Assembly: GCA_011109175.1 (NCBI GenBank)
Contig: RDEW01000058.1
Coordinates: forward strand, 212,978 to 276,977
From: Dicyema japonicum
Lineage: Eukaryota; Animalia; Dicyemida
Length of the DNA stretch: 64,000 bases
Reading direction: 5' to 3'
In this document: piece by piece, positions 25,151 to 38,200 of the stretch
Layout: every line of letters begins with the position of its first letter
Numbering within the stretch: the stretch's first letter is position 1
The notes under the pieces: generated by a model
The model's input: the letters and a program-made list of their open reading frames with translations, nothing else
Told to the model about the DNA's origin: nothing
The model's database searches: none
Position numbers and translations under genes: made by a program

Positions 25151-25749
25151 TCGCAACTATGGGAATATGCGATCGGTCACTTTTTTCTCAATCAAAAGGT
25201 GGAAATAATCACATGTCAATCTTTGTCAGATCCCATGAATATGTTCGACCACCACAAATTAACCTTTAGTCAGGTATACCTTTTAATGAATAACCTATCC
25301 ATTTACTACTGAAGCATAGTCAACTCCCTTCTAGATCATGAACATAATGATAATTTTAGTGAGTTTATAAAAAATAATTTATTTCGCCGAATTAAATTAA
25401 ATTTATTGAACCAAAAAAAACACCGTTTTAGCCAAAATGAAAAAATTCAGGTGATCCTGGCCATTCCTCAGCAGTCTTGGCATGCTTGGACTATAAGGAA
25501 GTGCAGTCCAGGAAGAACTCTTCTGAAGGTTGTGATGGTTCAAGCTATTTTAATTCCAATTCTAGAATCCTATTAATTAATTCGCGAATAAATTAATTGT
25601 TGTTCGCAAATTAAATTAAAAATAAAAAATTTCATAAATTTTTCGTTGATTAATTATTAAAATTTAACTATAATTAACTATAAATTAAAATTTAACTATA
25701 AATTTTAATAATTAATCAACAAAATTAATTAATTAATTTAACGTTTAGG

Positions 25750-25850
25750 TTGCATGGCGCTATGTGATGCTATCCACCTTACTGATGAGACCCCCAATGC
25801 CTGGCTAGCATCAAGAGGATCCAATTATTCTTCCTGGGGGACAATGTCGT
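25750..25850 (+). repeat. Diverged copy of the repeat-family core
   Basis: tggcgctatgtgat..tccacc...atgcctggctagcatcaagaggatc aligns to 54951-55014. Confidence 0.45.
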
Positions 25851-25959
25851 TACCTGGAGACAAGTTCTAGAATGCTGGAACGAGTCAGGATCAAGGACTT
25901 TGTTAGTTTGGTTACCCTTGGTCTTTGGAATTATTTTAATTTAACATGAACAAATGCGT

Positions 25960-26600
25960 CTTTAAGAAAATCCAGAAAATTTATTTTCGACAAGGAAAAG
26001 GCCTATATTTTAAACGGTAATAAAAATACTACGTTTTTTGTGAAGAAGAACAGGAATTGGTGCAAAAACAATATAGGTATTCTTTTAAGTTACAATATAT
26101 TAGTCAGTTCGGTAAAGATGGACTATTTTCAAATTGAGGCAGGAATATTGAGGGATTGGTAGAGATCTAATTGGGACTGTTATCTCAAATTGTGTATTTT
26201 CCAGGTATTTTTTGCATTTTATTTACACAGGCAAAGAAATTTCTGAACATGAAACCGTCTATAACACCGATCTAACTAGAAGACCAAGGGCTCGCATATT
26301 GCTGACTTAATAGACCTAAAAAGATACTCAGAAATGAATGATGGATAATCATGGGTGTGATTTCTGATATTAAAGTTTAGATTTCGGTTGTTGTAAAACA
26401 TGTCCGAAGTTGTCCACGAGTCCCCTGGAGTCAAGGACAAGTGGAAAGGTAAATTGCAAGTTATAATTTTGTAGATTTAATTTGATGACTCAGTCATTGA
26501 TTTCGGAGATGGAGTGATTTTAAGGTTGCGTACAAATACTATTTTTAGACAAGAAAGTGATCCAAATATCCCCGGTCTCCATATAGGATGGACTCTTCTT
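25960..26600 (+). mobile_element. Retroviral-type (Gin/Ginger/KRBA2-like) integrase relic
   Basis: HIADLIDLKRYSEMNDG*SW and RVPWSQGQVER, typical integrase-core segments. Confidence 0.65.
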
Positions 26601-27364
26601 AATAATTAAGATAAATTACTAAAATCAAGATGCTTCAAAATACAGAATAATTTGGATCCTTAAAGGGGCTTTCTCATCTTTGGTCTCTCCACTTGTTGAG
26701 AGATTTATGGGAGCGATTGGCTTTTACAGCTGAGAGCGTGAAAGTCACCGACTTACAATATGTTACTAACTACGTTTTAATAGAAATAAATAATAATCAA
26801 AAGTTAGACATTCCTTAAATTCAATGACTTCGTTCAATTCCCTATCAAATTTCTGCAATCAGTCCTTGCACAAATAAAGAAATGAATGATAACCCAATTA
26901 GTCTAAGGTTATTGGATAACAGTAGATCGCAACTAAGAGAGGTTTTGAATAAAGATAACGTTTTTATATTAAAATTATTGGTAAGTAACTTCCGTGATTG
27001 GAAATAGATTACTATTTTGTACGGAAATGCACCCAATTAGCCATTCCTCTTCTCAGCTATCTTTCATTTTGTTTTCAACCGATGGCACGTAAGAAGGAAT
27101 GCGAATGGTCCTATAATTCTGGAGGTTAGGCTGCACTAATTAAATTAGTTTTAAAATCTTTGATGAGGAAAATTGTAATTAGACATCTCTTAAAGAATAT
27201 CTACGCCTTACACCTGATATATCCCCCATTGGATTTCTTATAACACGAATTGATTAAAGGAGTAAGTAAGCATATAAATACAGTAAACTCTCTCAAATAT
27301 GCCACTCTTAAATTTATTATTATCAATAGCACTTTCGAAGAACCAAAAATGTAATTTATTTAAG

Positions 27365-29690
27365 GTTCCGCTTGTGCCGTATTTTTCTTCAGGTTATTCT
27401 TTCTCCCACAATTCTCTTAACTAACTTCCTCCATGCTCCACGGTTACTGGCATTATTCTGAGCGTATCCAGATCATCTCCTGTTTTCAGCTTTCGTCTAA
27501 ATTGGTCAGGTCCTTGTGTAGAACCTCTGGCAAAGTTATGCGAGGTCTTCCACGGAACGAGGTATTCACTTCTTGGTAGAAATAATCCTCCATTGCTATT
27601 TTAGCAGGCGTCATCTGGCTCATCGAAGGATGTGACTGAACAGACGCCATCTTGATTCAAGGATATCCAGACTCAATGGTCTTGTATTACATACTTTGTA
27701 TAGATTCTTGTTTGTAATTTTTCTTGGCCAGTTGATGCCAAGCAACAGTCAGAGTTGTTTGCGATGGAAGGCATCTAGTTTGTCCATTACCGCTTGTGAG
27801 ACTTCCCAGGTTGCAGCGTTGTACATTAGGACCGGTTTCACGAAGGCATTGTATAGTCTTACACGTAATTGTGTGCTAATTTGTCTACGATTATTCCAGA
27901 CTACTCCCATTTTTCTGAAGGCCGCGACGGCCAACATCTTCCTGTTAGTGATATCCTCAGCGTCTCCGAGCAACGACCCCGATTTTTTACAGTATCTCTA
28001 TTTTTCATCAGTTCGGGTTTAGTTCACGGCGTATGGTAGTTGTCTCCGTCTTTTCCGTATTGATTTTGATGAACCATTTTTCTAGCGCATCTGGCATCCT
28101 TGTCCGTATATAGTTTAATGTTTTCTCGTCGCTGGATATATGGTCGAACTCATCTGCATAAATCACTTTAGTTTGAGGTAGATCGCCAATTAATAGTCTG
28201 AAGTCTCTGAGTGCCGCCTCCAGATATGTCACAAAAAGTACCGGTGACAAGGAATCTCCCTGCGGTACCCGAATGTTGTCTCGAATGGGACAGACTCCAA
28301 ATTTCCAAAACGTACACTTAGCTGCGTTGTTCCAAGTAATAGACGAATCATTCTGACACTGTCCTCGTCAACCAGCTTCTCCAAGATATCCAAAAGTCTA
28401 TCTCTGTGTATATAGTCAAAGGCTTTGGACATGTCCGTGCCAAGGATGCCAGTAGCCCCCTTGTACTTTTGATGTGTTGCACACAGCCATCAATGTTCCC
28501 AGAAAATATGAGCTGTAGATATCCCTGACCTGAATCCGCTTTGCCCGTGAGAGAGAAAGTTCTCGATGTCAGTCCAATCCTGTTCAGCACTATAAGTGAT
28601 AGTGTCTTGCGTAAAGTCGTCAATAGTACGATGGGTCTTAAATTTGTTAAGGTGCCTTTAGCTTTGCCCGGTTTTTGTAGTGCAATTAGTGTGCCATTAC
28701 CCACATCCAGTGGTGAGTTGTATTTGAATGTTTTGTTGTATATCTCAGTTAATAGCTCAGAGATCTCATTCGGTGCATATTTGAGAAGTTCTGCATTTAT
28801 GTTGTCAGGGCCAGCAGCTCTATTGTTGTTCAGTTTGTCCAGGGCTTTTTTTGTTTCCAGAATCGTTATCGGAATATTTAGTTCTCGTGCTTCACATCGA
28901 ATTGTTTGATGTTTTCCGCGTGGTTGATTGAAGGCCTGCTGATAATGACTGGATATGGCCGATAGAATTTCTTTTTTGTTTAACATAGTCTTTCCAAACT
29001 GATAATGTACTGTGATTTTTGATGACTGCGTGTCTCTATGTAGTAGGTGAACAGCCTTGAACATATGCACTCCGTTTTTTAGCCTTTCTACTTCTTTAGC
29101 CATTCCAACAAGTTTATTTTCCTTTATTTCCTTCGTTCTTTTCTTTATTTTATACAAGGTTTGCTTCCTCATGACTCTTAGAGTGTGTTCCTTTGCCTGG
29201 TCCTGACAGGTTTCGACCTGTAAACGTAGGTTCCTCTGTTTGGAAACCCCAAAATATTATTTGAAAAGGAAACGTGCCAATCTGTGATCACTATCTACTA
29301 GTGTCCCACTGTAGCTCCGAGAATCTGTTAGCAGTGCTTTGTAGGCTTGTTTGCAGATAATGTAATCTATTTGGTTATATATAGGCTTGATAGTCCCAGA
29401 TTTGTCCTTTTGGTAGCAGCTCCATGTCGTCTTATGTCTTGCTGGGTGCCTGAAAGCAGTATTACATAGAAATAGTTTGATTGTATCGCAAAATTCGATA
29501 AGCGACTCTCTCCTGACTGGTTCCTGATCCCTCTTCCATGGATTTCCATGAATTCTTCGTAACTACTCCCACGTCCTGCCTTTGCGTTCCAATCTCCGGC
29601 AATGTATGTCATGAACGATGTTTCCAAAGTTGCATATAGTTGCGAAGGGAGGAATAGAAGTCGTCTAGTTCGTCTTTTTCTATTTTCAAT
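27365..29690 (-). mobile_element. 5'-truncated RTE-type LINE (APE end + RT), frameshifted
   Basis: AGDWNAK, AAGPDNINAELLK, LRPIVLLTTLRK, MSKAFD, SLSPVLF and YADE; taaat-type tail. Confidence 0.92.
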
Positions 29691-30701
29691 GATATTTGCC
29701 AATTCTGAAATTTGGCAACAATTTTAAAAATTATATTTATTTCTTTATATATTTTTAAAAATTAAAAAAAATTTAAATAATTTAAAGCAAGCATGGGTCG
29801 AATGTTCTTGTTGGAGGCTACACCAGAATTTCAATTGCTCAAAAAGTGGCTATATTGCGGTATAAAGAAACGAATAAATAAATCAGCTTCAATCAGACGA
29901 TATGCAACAGATTTCTTCTATTTTCAAAAAGAGAATCTCAAGAAGGACAGTCAATGCAATATTAATGATTGCAGAATCGCTTATTTCAGTTCAAGAACAG
30001 AAATCCTAAAATAAAAACTTGTAAAAAATTAAAATACCCAGAGCTTGATGAAAATCTAGTAGATTGGATGGATTCAATGGAATCAAAAGGTACACTATTT
30101 ACTCTAACATTTAAGGTGCTTTATTGACGATTCTCTAATATTACATGAGGCAGAATTTTTGCTAAAGAACTTTCGTTTACTAATTTTAAAGGTTTTTGGA
30201 GAAATTAAAAAAAACATGGATTTCGAATGCGTAAATTACATGGCGAAATGCGCACTGAAAAACAAAGAGTTAGTCGTCAGAAAATATTTATAGTTTGAAT
30301 GAGACAGGAATATTTCATAAATTGATTCTTTTCGGAGTATTTGCATTTCACCTTTTGGCGGATATAAAAATTTTAAGGAAAGAGTTTCAGTCATGCTGTG
30401 CGCCAATATGTCAGGGACACACAAGCTAAAGTCTCTATTGATCGGGAAACCAAAGATGCCCCGATTTTTAAAAAATATGATTATAATTCCTTAGTTTCTT
30501 ATCACAATTCTAAAAGGGGATGGATGACTTTATCATTTTTGCGAATTGGATTACGAATTTTGACAATTTATTGAAATTTGAAAAAAGATCAATTTTGTTA
30601 TTAATGGATAATTGCCCATCCCATTGCCCACTTCTTTATCTGGAAAAAATTAAAATTATGTTTATTCCAAAGTACAGGACTTATTCACCTATAGATCTGT
30701 G

Positions 30702-32177
30702 GGTACTGGGACATTTGGCCGACAGACGTTTAGCCGACAATTCAATTAAGCATAAATGATCAATAAATACACTATGTATTTTAATAACGGTAAAAAAATG
30801 GAATTTTCACAAACCAGTCGTGGAAAGAGAAAACTTCTGCATGATGGCTATGCGTACATTGTAGATAGACAGAGACAATGTCATACATTGGAGATGTGAG
30901 CTGAAAGGAAAATCAAAGCAGAGTAAGAACTGTAATGGAGAACTTAATGGAACTATGACACCACACGAACATCCACCAAATGCAGGACGTTTACATGCGC
31001 TGAAAACCGTCAATACGATAAAGAAGAGAGCGAGAGATTCTGAAGAAATTACATCCACGATTATCCAAAATTGTTTAAGCACATACCCTATTGATGCTGC
31101 TTGTGCGCTACCCAAAAAAACCCTTGCACGCATTGTTGGACGACAGTGTACAGATCACATACAAGACGGTAATGTTCTTACTGATGAACTTAAAAGTACT
31201 CTCAGAGGAGATGACTTTGTGCCACACGATAGTAATGGATTGCTTATATTAATAACAGCAAGAAACCTTGATCTTATGTCTATGAAAGAACATTGGTTAT
31301 GTGATGGTACTTTTGATTCAGCTCCATTAGGTTTTCAGTTTACACATGTTACATTATGTAAAACATGTACGGTTCCATTAATGTACGCTATTGCTCGAGA
31401 AAAATCTCAACAAATGTATGAACAAATATTTTCTACACTAAAAGAGAAAAGGCCACAATTGAATCCACTATCATTTACCATAGATTATGAGCGAGCAGCG
31501 ATCAATGCTATCAACAGAATTTTTCCAAATGCAAATGTGTATGGCTGTTACTTTGGGCAGTGTTTATGGCGAAAAATACAAAATCTAGGACTGCAGGCAT
31601 GGTACAATGACCCAGCAAATGCAAACTTAATTAAAAGTATTCAGCACTGGCATTTGTTCCTGTACCTCAAGTCATTGAGAGTTTCCATGCGCTCCTTGAA
31701 ACTATAGATGACGAGATGATGACGTGTTGGGAGATTTCTGACCTATTTTGAGACAACATGGATCGGAGACTTGTAACGTGGAAGGAGAAAAAGACCATTG
31801 TTTAGTTTGAAAATGTGAAATGTACACGACATACAAGCAGAAGTCCTCCCAAGAACTAAGAATTCACTTAAAGATGGCACAGATCTTTTTCACAAAGAGT
31901 GTCTATAAAACATCCAACGTTTGTCGGCTTGTTGCAAAAATACGAAAAGAACAGTCGGAGTGGGAGCTCACAGTAGAACAAGTGATGGCCGGAATAACAA
32001 TAAGACAGGTAAAGAAGAAGCAAAAAAATAAAAAGTATTATTGAAAAATATGATGAATAAACTTCAGTAGAATTTTTGACTGCGCTTTCTCATAACCTTT
32101 AAGTAAATGTTTTTATTTTGAATTTTATCTCTGAATTTTAAAACCAGAATTTCCTGTCGGCCAAATGTCTGGACACC
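30702..32177 (+). mobile_element. Mutator-like element (FLYWCH + MULE transposase), frameshifted
   Basis: 24-bp TIR with a perfect 16-bp core gacatttggccgacag; 9-bp TSD agatctgtg/ggatctggg; LLHDGYAY, WLCDGTFD, TIDYERAAINA and GCYFGQCLWRKIQ. Confidence 0.92.
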
Positions 32178-32970
32178 GGATCTGGGAATCATCAAATTTT
32201 TCAAAGTTCATTTTACGAGGGACAAATTACTATATTTAACGGATATATTGGAATGCGAGAAGAACTCAGTATATGAATATATAAGAAGTTAAATATTAGG
32301 GATACTTTATTGTTTGTAAAAATGGCATGGAAAGATGTGAAATCTCAACAATTTCAAGGTGTTTAAAACGCCTAGAACGTACAGAATGCAAATCAGAACT
32401 TACTAACATGAATGTAACAGATGAAATCGTATCCAGAACAGATATTTATGATATTATTGAAATAGAAGAATTTATTTTAATTGACTACAGTGAAAAGGAG
32501 GCAATTGATGAAGAGGAGATATTAATTGTTATTGAGGAACAAGAAGAATCCGGTTGTGTAGAAGTACATGAGTCATTAAACAAGGCTGAAATGTTTTTAA
32601 AATTAAGAGATTGAAAATTATCTAGAAAACATTGAAAATGCCAATGTGCAGAATTCATTACTTCAATAAGAAGATATAAAGAAAATATTAAAATTTCTAA
32701 TAAGAGGGAATTGAGAAATACTTTAATAAATTTAATTAATTTTTGTTTCCTTAGTTAAAAATATTTAAAAAAAATAAAATTTATTAATTTAAGTAGTTTA
32801 ATTATCTTTAAATAAATTAAAACTTCAAATAAAATTTTATTCTGAAATCTGCCAATTCTCAAATTTGCCACAATTTCGCTGAACCAAAAACGGCAAATTT
32901 GAGAGAGTTTACTGTATTTTGAATCCTATGTTCTTTAGAAGAGCAATGGCTTAAGGGACTATAGTTAATA

Positions 32971-33133
32971 TGTCACGAGCCTAGGGTGTTACCGAGCCTA
33001 GGTGGTTACACTAATGGACTTAGAATGTTCTTGCCGTCTTATAAAATTGGTCGCCATAATTTTTTAGTTTATGGGTTATTCTAAGTCCATAAGTGTAACC
33101 ACCTAGGCTCGGTAACACCCTAGACTCGTGACA
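32971..33133. mobile_element. 163-bp MITE with TGT...ACA ends
   Basis: 56-bp TIRs (54/56 identical) at 32971-33026 and 33078-33133; flanked by a 5-bp direct repeat taata. Confidence 0.9.
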
Positions 33134-35296
33134 TAATATGATTCTATTGTTAGCAAAGTGATTAATTGACAAGAAGGTTAGGTAGTGGCTTTTATTGGAC
33201 GCACTTTCTCATCTTGATGGATTTCCTATGTTTAACTTTTAGGTGGACGGACAAATAATAGAGTGGAGAGGTATCGAATATGCGAGTATTCCTGAACTAA
33301 TAAACGTCGGACGCATAATGCTTTTAGTTTGAATCTTGTTTCCTCCAAATTTGGAGGTATTCGGACATGTCTGTTTTAAAGAAGAACGGTAGAGCCATAA
33401 TTTGAATTTTAATTCTAGAATGTGCTAATAATGTTACAGTATATTCAAAAATCATTAAGTGCTGACTGTTTAATCTTAGCTAATTTTGAATGAGGGAAGA
33501 AAAAAACCACAAGACTTGAGAACACATGAACCACATGATTTGAGAATATCCCACAATAATGGGTTATTCTCAAGTAATTAGAAGTCGGTTTTTGTTAATT
33601 TTGGATTTCAACTCTTGAATAAAATAGGCAAATCTCTGGAATAGTCATTAAATGTCCCAAAAAACCAACGAAATTCTAGAACCGATTTTTTATAAAATTC
33701 TGAATTTTTATGAAAGTTTTTTTGCTAGCTTTTAAATGTTTGTGTGAGGTGAAAGATTTACCGCAATTCAACCCTTTTAACAGTCACTGAAAGCTGGTAA
33801 ATATGAAGGGAAAACCGTTGAGCTTGGTTGTATCCTCAGGTCCCTCATTAATGTTAAAAATATGACTTCCTGGTAAATCCTTAATTGCCGAACTGAAATT
33901 CTCAGTCACAAATTTACTTTGTTTCATCGTATCTACCAAAGACTGAATTACCAGGATATTAAGGGGAAGATATGGCGATTATGTGACCCGACTTCTCTCA
34001 AGCCTTGGACTAAATATAGTAAATTCTCCATAGGCATCTGAAACTAATCGGGTCTCACATAACTTGAGATTTAAGATTTATTAATTTTTTAATTTATTTT
34101 TAATTTTAATAATTAATTAGTCAAAGTCAAATTTTTAGTAAATTACAATTTTTGTGGTCACAATTAGTTAACATTAAAAACCAAATTATTAAGGTAAATT
34201 ATATCGTTTGGGGTCACAGTAGCTTGGCAACCAATGCTAGTTCGACATGAACAGAATATGTAAATCAATTCTTTAATTCAATAATCTATATTTGAGTGAG
34301 GTCATGAAAGGCTATTATGTGTGTCGAGAGAACAGTTTTTCGAAAGGCCAGAATTGACTCTTCCAGTTGTACCAAATAATGACCTGAAAAGCTGAAGACA
34401 GCTGAGAGCTATGAATGACCAGGAATCTGATATCATTGACTAACAATCAATGAGTATGTAAGAGACTAATAATAGCGATTGTATGAGTGTGTTCATATAT
34501 CGAATTAATATTATTATGGCGGTTTGTACTACAAATTTGTTCAAAATCTCAAACTAAGTTTAATTAATTATGATATTTGATTGTATAAGATGACTCGTTT
34601 AATATAAAGGTGGAATACCCTGAAGTCAGGACTCCCAATTCATTTGTTTATCAACTCTTATTTTTTATTTTTTTCAATATAAAAAATATCTATTTTTCTA
34701 AAATACCTCATTTAAGACTAAAATTTGAACGATCTAAGAAAGTCCTAACAAGCGCATTTTAGGGTAAGCTCAACAATAAGGTTATAGATATTACAACTGA
34801 CAACAACCATCCACCTAAAAGAAAAACGGTGAGACTGCAGGAAGTTGTCGCAGTTTTAGGGGGACACCTGATATTTCTTGAACTTTTATAATGATTAGCT
34901 TAACATGAGGGTCCTCTTGAGGTTAAACAAATATATGAAAACATGGCTATTCCGTTCTCATGACTGCTATGAGCTAACGTTTAAACAAACCATCATAAGG
35001 AATGCCGAGGTTTCGACATCTTTGTTTCATGCGGTTAAATGACCGCACGGTTATCCAGGAAAGTGGCAATCACCCGTTGGATTGTATCGAAAAAACATTA
35101 TTGCTGTTGAATCTCCCAGAAAATCCAGTAAAATATAAAAGTGGAAGAATGATAAAATAATTAAAGAGAATCACATTCGGCAAAGAGAACTTTGATCTAT
35201 AGCGAATTCAGTAGGGAATGTATGGTACCTTGCCCAGAACAAGAGTAAGTTAGAAACCTTTGGACAAAACTGGGAGACTACAAATTAGTTGAGGTC

Positions 35297-38200
35297 ATGG
35301 AATTTAACCTAAAAGTGTCGGATATAAATATCAATACAACACAAAGTCAATTTAATACTATTGATTCTGGTTTGAAAATTTTCAGTACAGGTTTTCATGG
35401 CGACGGTCATGGTAACAAAATAAAACACATTCCGACGTTTCATAACAAATGGACAGTTCACGAACGCGTGAAATATTCCAGCTGAACTGCGAACTAAAAG
35501 ACAGACTAGACATGGAACAGTCAAATTACAGGAAAAAACTGGAAATGTACCAGCAATCCCAACAACGACAGGCAAAACTGGTCAAACGACTTCAAGAGAA
35601 GGTGAGGACTGACCTTATCCTAAGGTTATTCAATACAAGGACCGATTGAATGAGTTAGAAACCAAGGTTATGTCCATCCAGGACTCACAGAGGCGACAGA
35701 AGGTTAATTTATATCCCCACTTCAGGTCGAAGTCCCAGAGAGATCAGGAACCTTTAAACAAAATTCAGAGACAGTGCTTTTTCAGTTGGAAGAGGAGAGT
35801 GGGCGAGATTAAGGGAACTAATTTGTCAGAAATTCTGAGCTCAAACAAGTCAACAGCCATCTCAGAGACCAGCTCGACCAGGCGACTTCTTCAAATCAGC
35901 AACTGACTCAGAGAGTAGAAAGTCTCGTTTGTGAGATGAATTCACTCAAAGCCACCAACAAAGAGCAAGAAAATGAGTTCTCCCGTCACAACCTGGTAGA
36001 ATTTGATTTTGAGCAATTTGCAGGAAATGGAGAACTACTTTTCTGCTGAACACAGCAAAATGCTCTCTCTTTGGAGGGACGTCCATGGATTAAAGAACTC
36101 CTTAGAAAGCCTGCGGATGGAAAGTTTCCGGGAAATTTCGGCCAAAAAATCTGAAGTGGATAAAACTGTGAATTCGGTGAATGACCGCATAATGGGACTT
36201 AAACAGAAAACAAAGGAGAATGAGACTGTTTTTATTCTTTTAATTTCAGAGTTTAAAGAAAGAGGTGGAGAAATTGTTTTCCAAAGTCAACCAGCAGGCC
36301 TTTGAGTTAAAAGAGCGCGAAAAAATGTCGGAAAGTTTGGAAGAAATCGATTATAAACGACGCATGGATTTGGCAGAGCGGGAAAAACAAGCAAATTCTA
36401 TGCGAGCTACTATCGCTAGATTGGAGGCTGAATGTGAATCCTTGCAGCACAAAAGAAATGAGGATATTCGAAGAGAAAGAGAAGAGACCGATGCCCTGCA
36501 TTCGTCTTTACGGAAAATTGCCGCGGTTGGTTTTAACAAAAAACCACAAATAGGCCTCATTGGGAGATGATGGAAGTTTCGGCGTGAGAAACGAAGTCGA
36601 TTTGTCATATAAATCCGGGTCAGATGCCACGCAGTCTGCAATCATTGCCGCCTTGGACAAGAAACAGCTTCAGGTATTCATCAAGCAGAGTACTCTTAGA
36701 TTGCCGATTTACGAGCAAAGGTGACGACAACAAGGGAGAAAAAGGAGGCTTTGGAGTCTCAACTGAACGAGGCGACAAACACTGAGCGAACTCTGAGGCG
36801 AGAAAATGAAGCCTTAAAGACCGACAATGAAACCCTGTGAAACTATATCCATATTTTAGACGGGAAAAAATGGCTGTTTTATGTGAAGACAAAGAAAAAA
36901 CCGAAAATCGCCTAGAAATGAAAACTGTGGACTACTTCCAATTGGAATCAGTAAAAAAGACTCTCAACGACCGGATCGACAAGCTAACCAACGAAGTAGA
37001 GCTATTACAGACCACCAACACAGAGCTTGAAAGACAAAAGTATACCAGTCAGGTTGTAGAGAGTTAACAAAGCAGGTGGAGCTAGATGACGTTGTGAGAG
37101 AACGGGAAAGGCAATTGAAGGAGAACGAGAGATGGTTTGAAGGGAGCTAATTTTAGCCGCCAAATGATCGACAGAATGGAGAAGACTCATGCCACATTAA
37201 AAGACGAATTTTTGGGCGTGAAAGAAGTGCTAAATAAAGTGCAGCTGGAGAAGGATGTGGTGGAGAACCAGAAGGTCTATGATGGGATTAGTCTTAGAGA
37301 GATCAGCAGGAGGCATATGAGGGATTGGAGAAGGATCACTTACAGTGCACTAATGAGCTGAGAAAGGTTAAATTTGACAAATCGAACATGGCAGAGACTA
37401 TCAATGAACAGAATTCTAACATCCAAATACTCGAAAGAGAAAAGAACGAATGTAACCGAATTATCAATCAGGTTAATACTCTTTTTTATTTCTTAACCAA
37501 TTTTAATTAACAATTATTTTAATTAATTTAATTTTATATTATTTAAATTAAATTTAATTATCATTTTTTTAAATTATTAATTTGTGTTAAATTATCATTA
37601 TTGTAGCTTGAAAACGAAAAGAGTAAACTTGTTGCAGATAGGAATGACCTCGAGAAGACTAAATATAACATGCAGGATGAAATAATATCCTTAGAACAGG
37701 ATAAGACTGAACTACAAGAATTCATCCAATGTGCTTTCAATACTTATTTTAGCCTATAAAGAACAGGTTGAGTACTACCAAGTGAAAAAGACAGACTAGA
37801 GAACGACCTGATGGAAAATGTTAAGGAAAGACTTGACTTGGCAGATCAATATAAACTGGTTTTGATCAAATTTAACATTTTAGCTTAACAAACAGAAAAA
37901 TTCACTAAGTGAAGATTTGGCTACTGTCAGAAACGACTTCTCTAAGCAGACCGAAAACTTTGGTCGTCTCAATAAGGAAAAAGAGCAGCTAGTGAAGTCC
38001 AACAGCTCACTAAATGAGCAGCTGAGATCTACTGAGAAAGAAAACAGTCAGCAAAAGGAGGTTCAGCGATTTAATGACACATGCAGTATATTTCTGGCAT
38101 TAAAGCTGACAAGGCGTCACTTGAAAGCTCGATCTACGACTTGCAGCAGCAAAACGCTGTTCTTAGTTCCCGAAAGGAACAACTGGAGGCTGAAAACAAG

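Larger units (their letters stand above)
27281..32914 (+). mobile_element. Tigger/pogo transposon disrupted by nested RTE and Mutator insertions
   Basis: TIR cagtaaactctctcaaat at 27281 and 32897-32914, each flanked by TA; CENP-B HTH KYPELDENLVDW; DDE region KERVSVMLCANMSGTHKL, LLLMDNCPSH and P.DL|GIIKFFK. Confidence 0.9.

Noticed and set aside
25781-25850. Hammerhead ribozyme (CTGATGAG core)
   Set aside because: There is no GAAA partner or stem II/III pairing; it is better explained as a decayed copy of the dispersed repeat.
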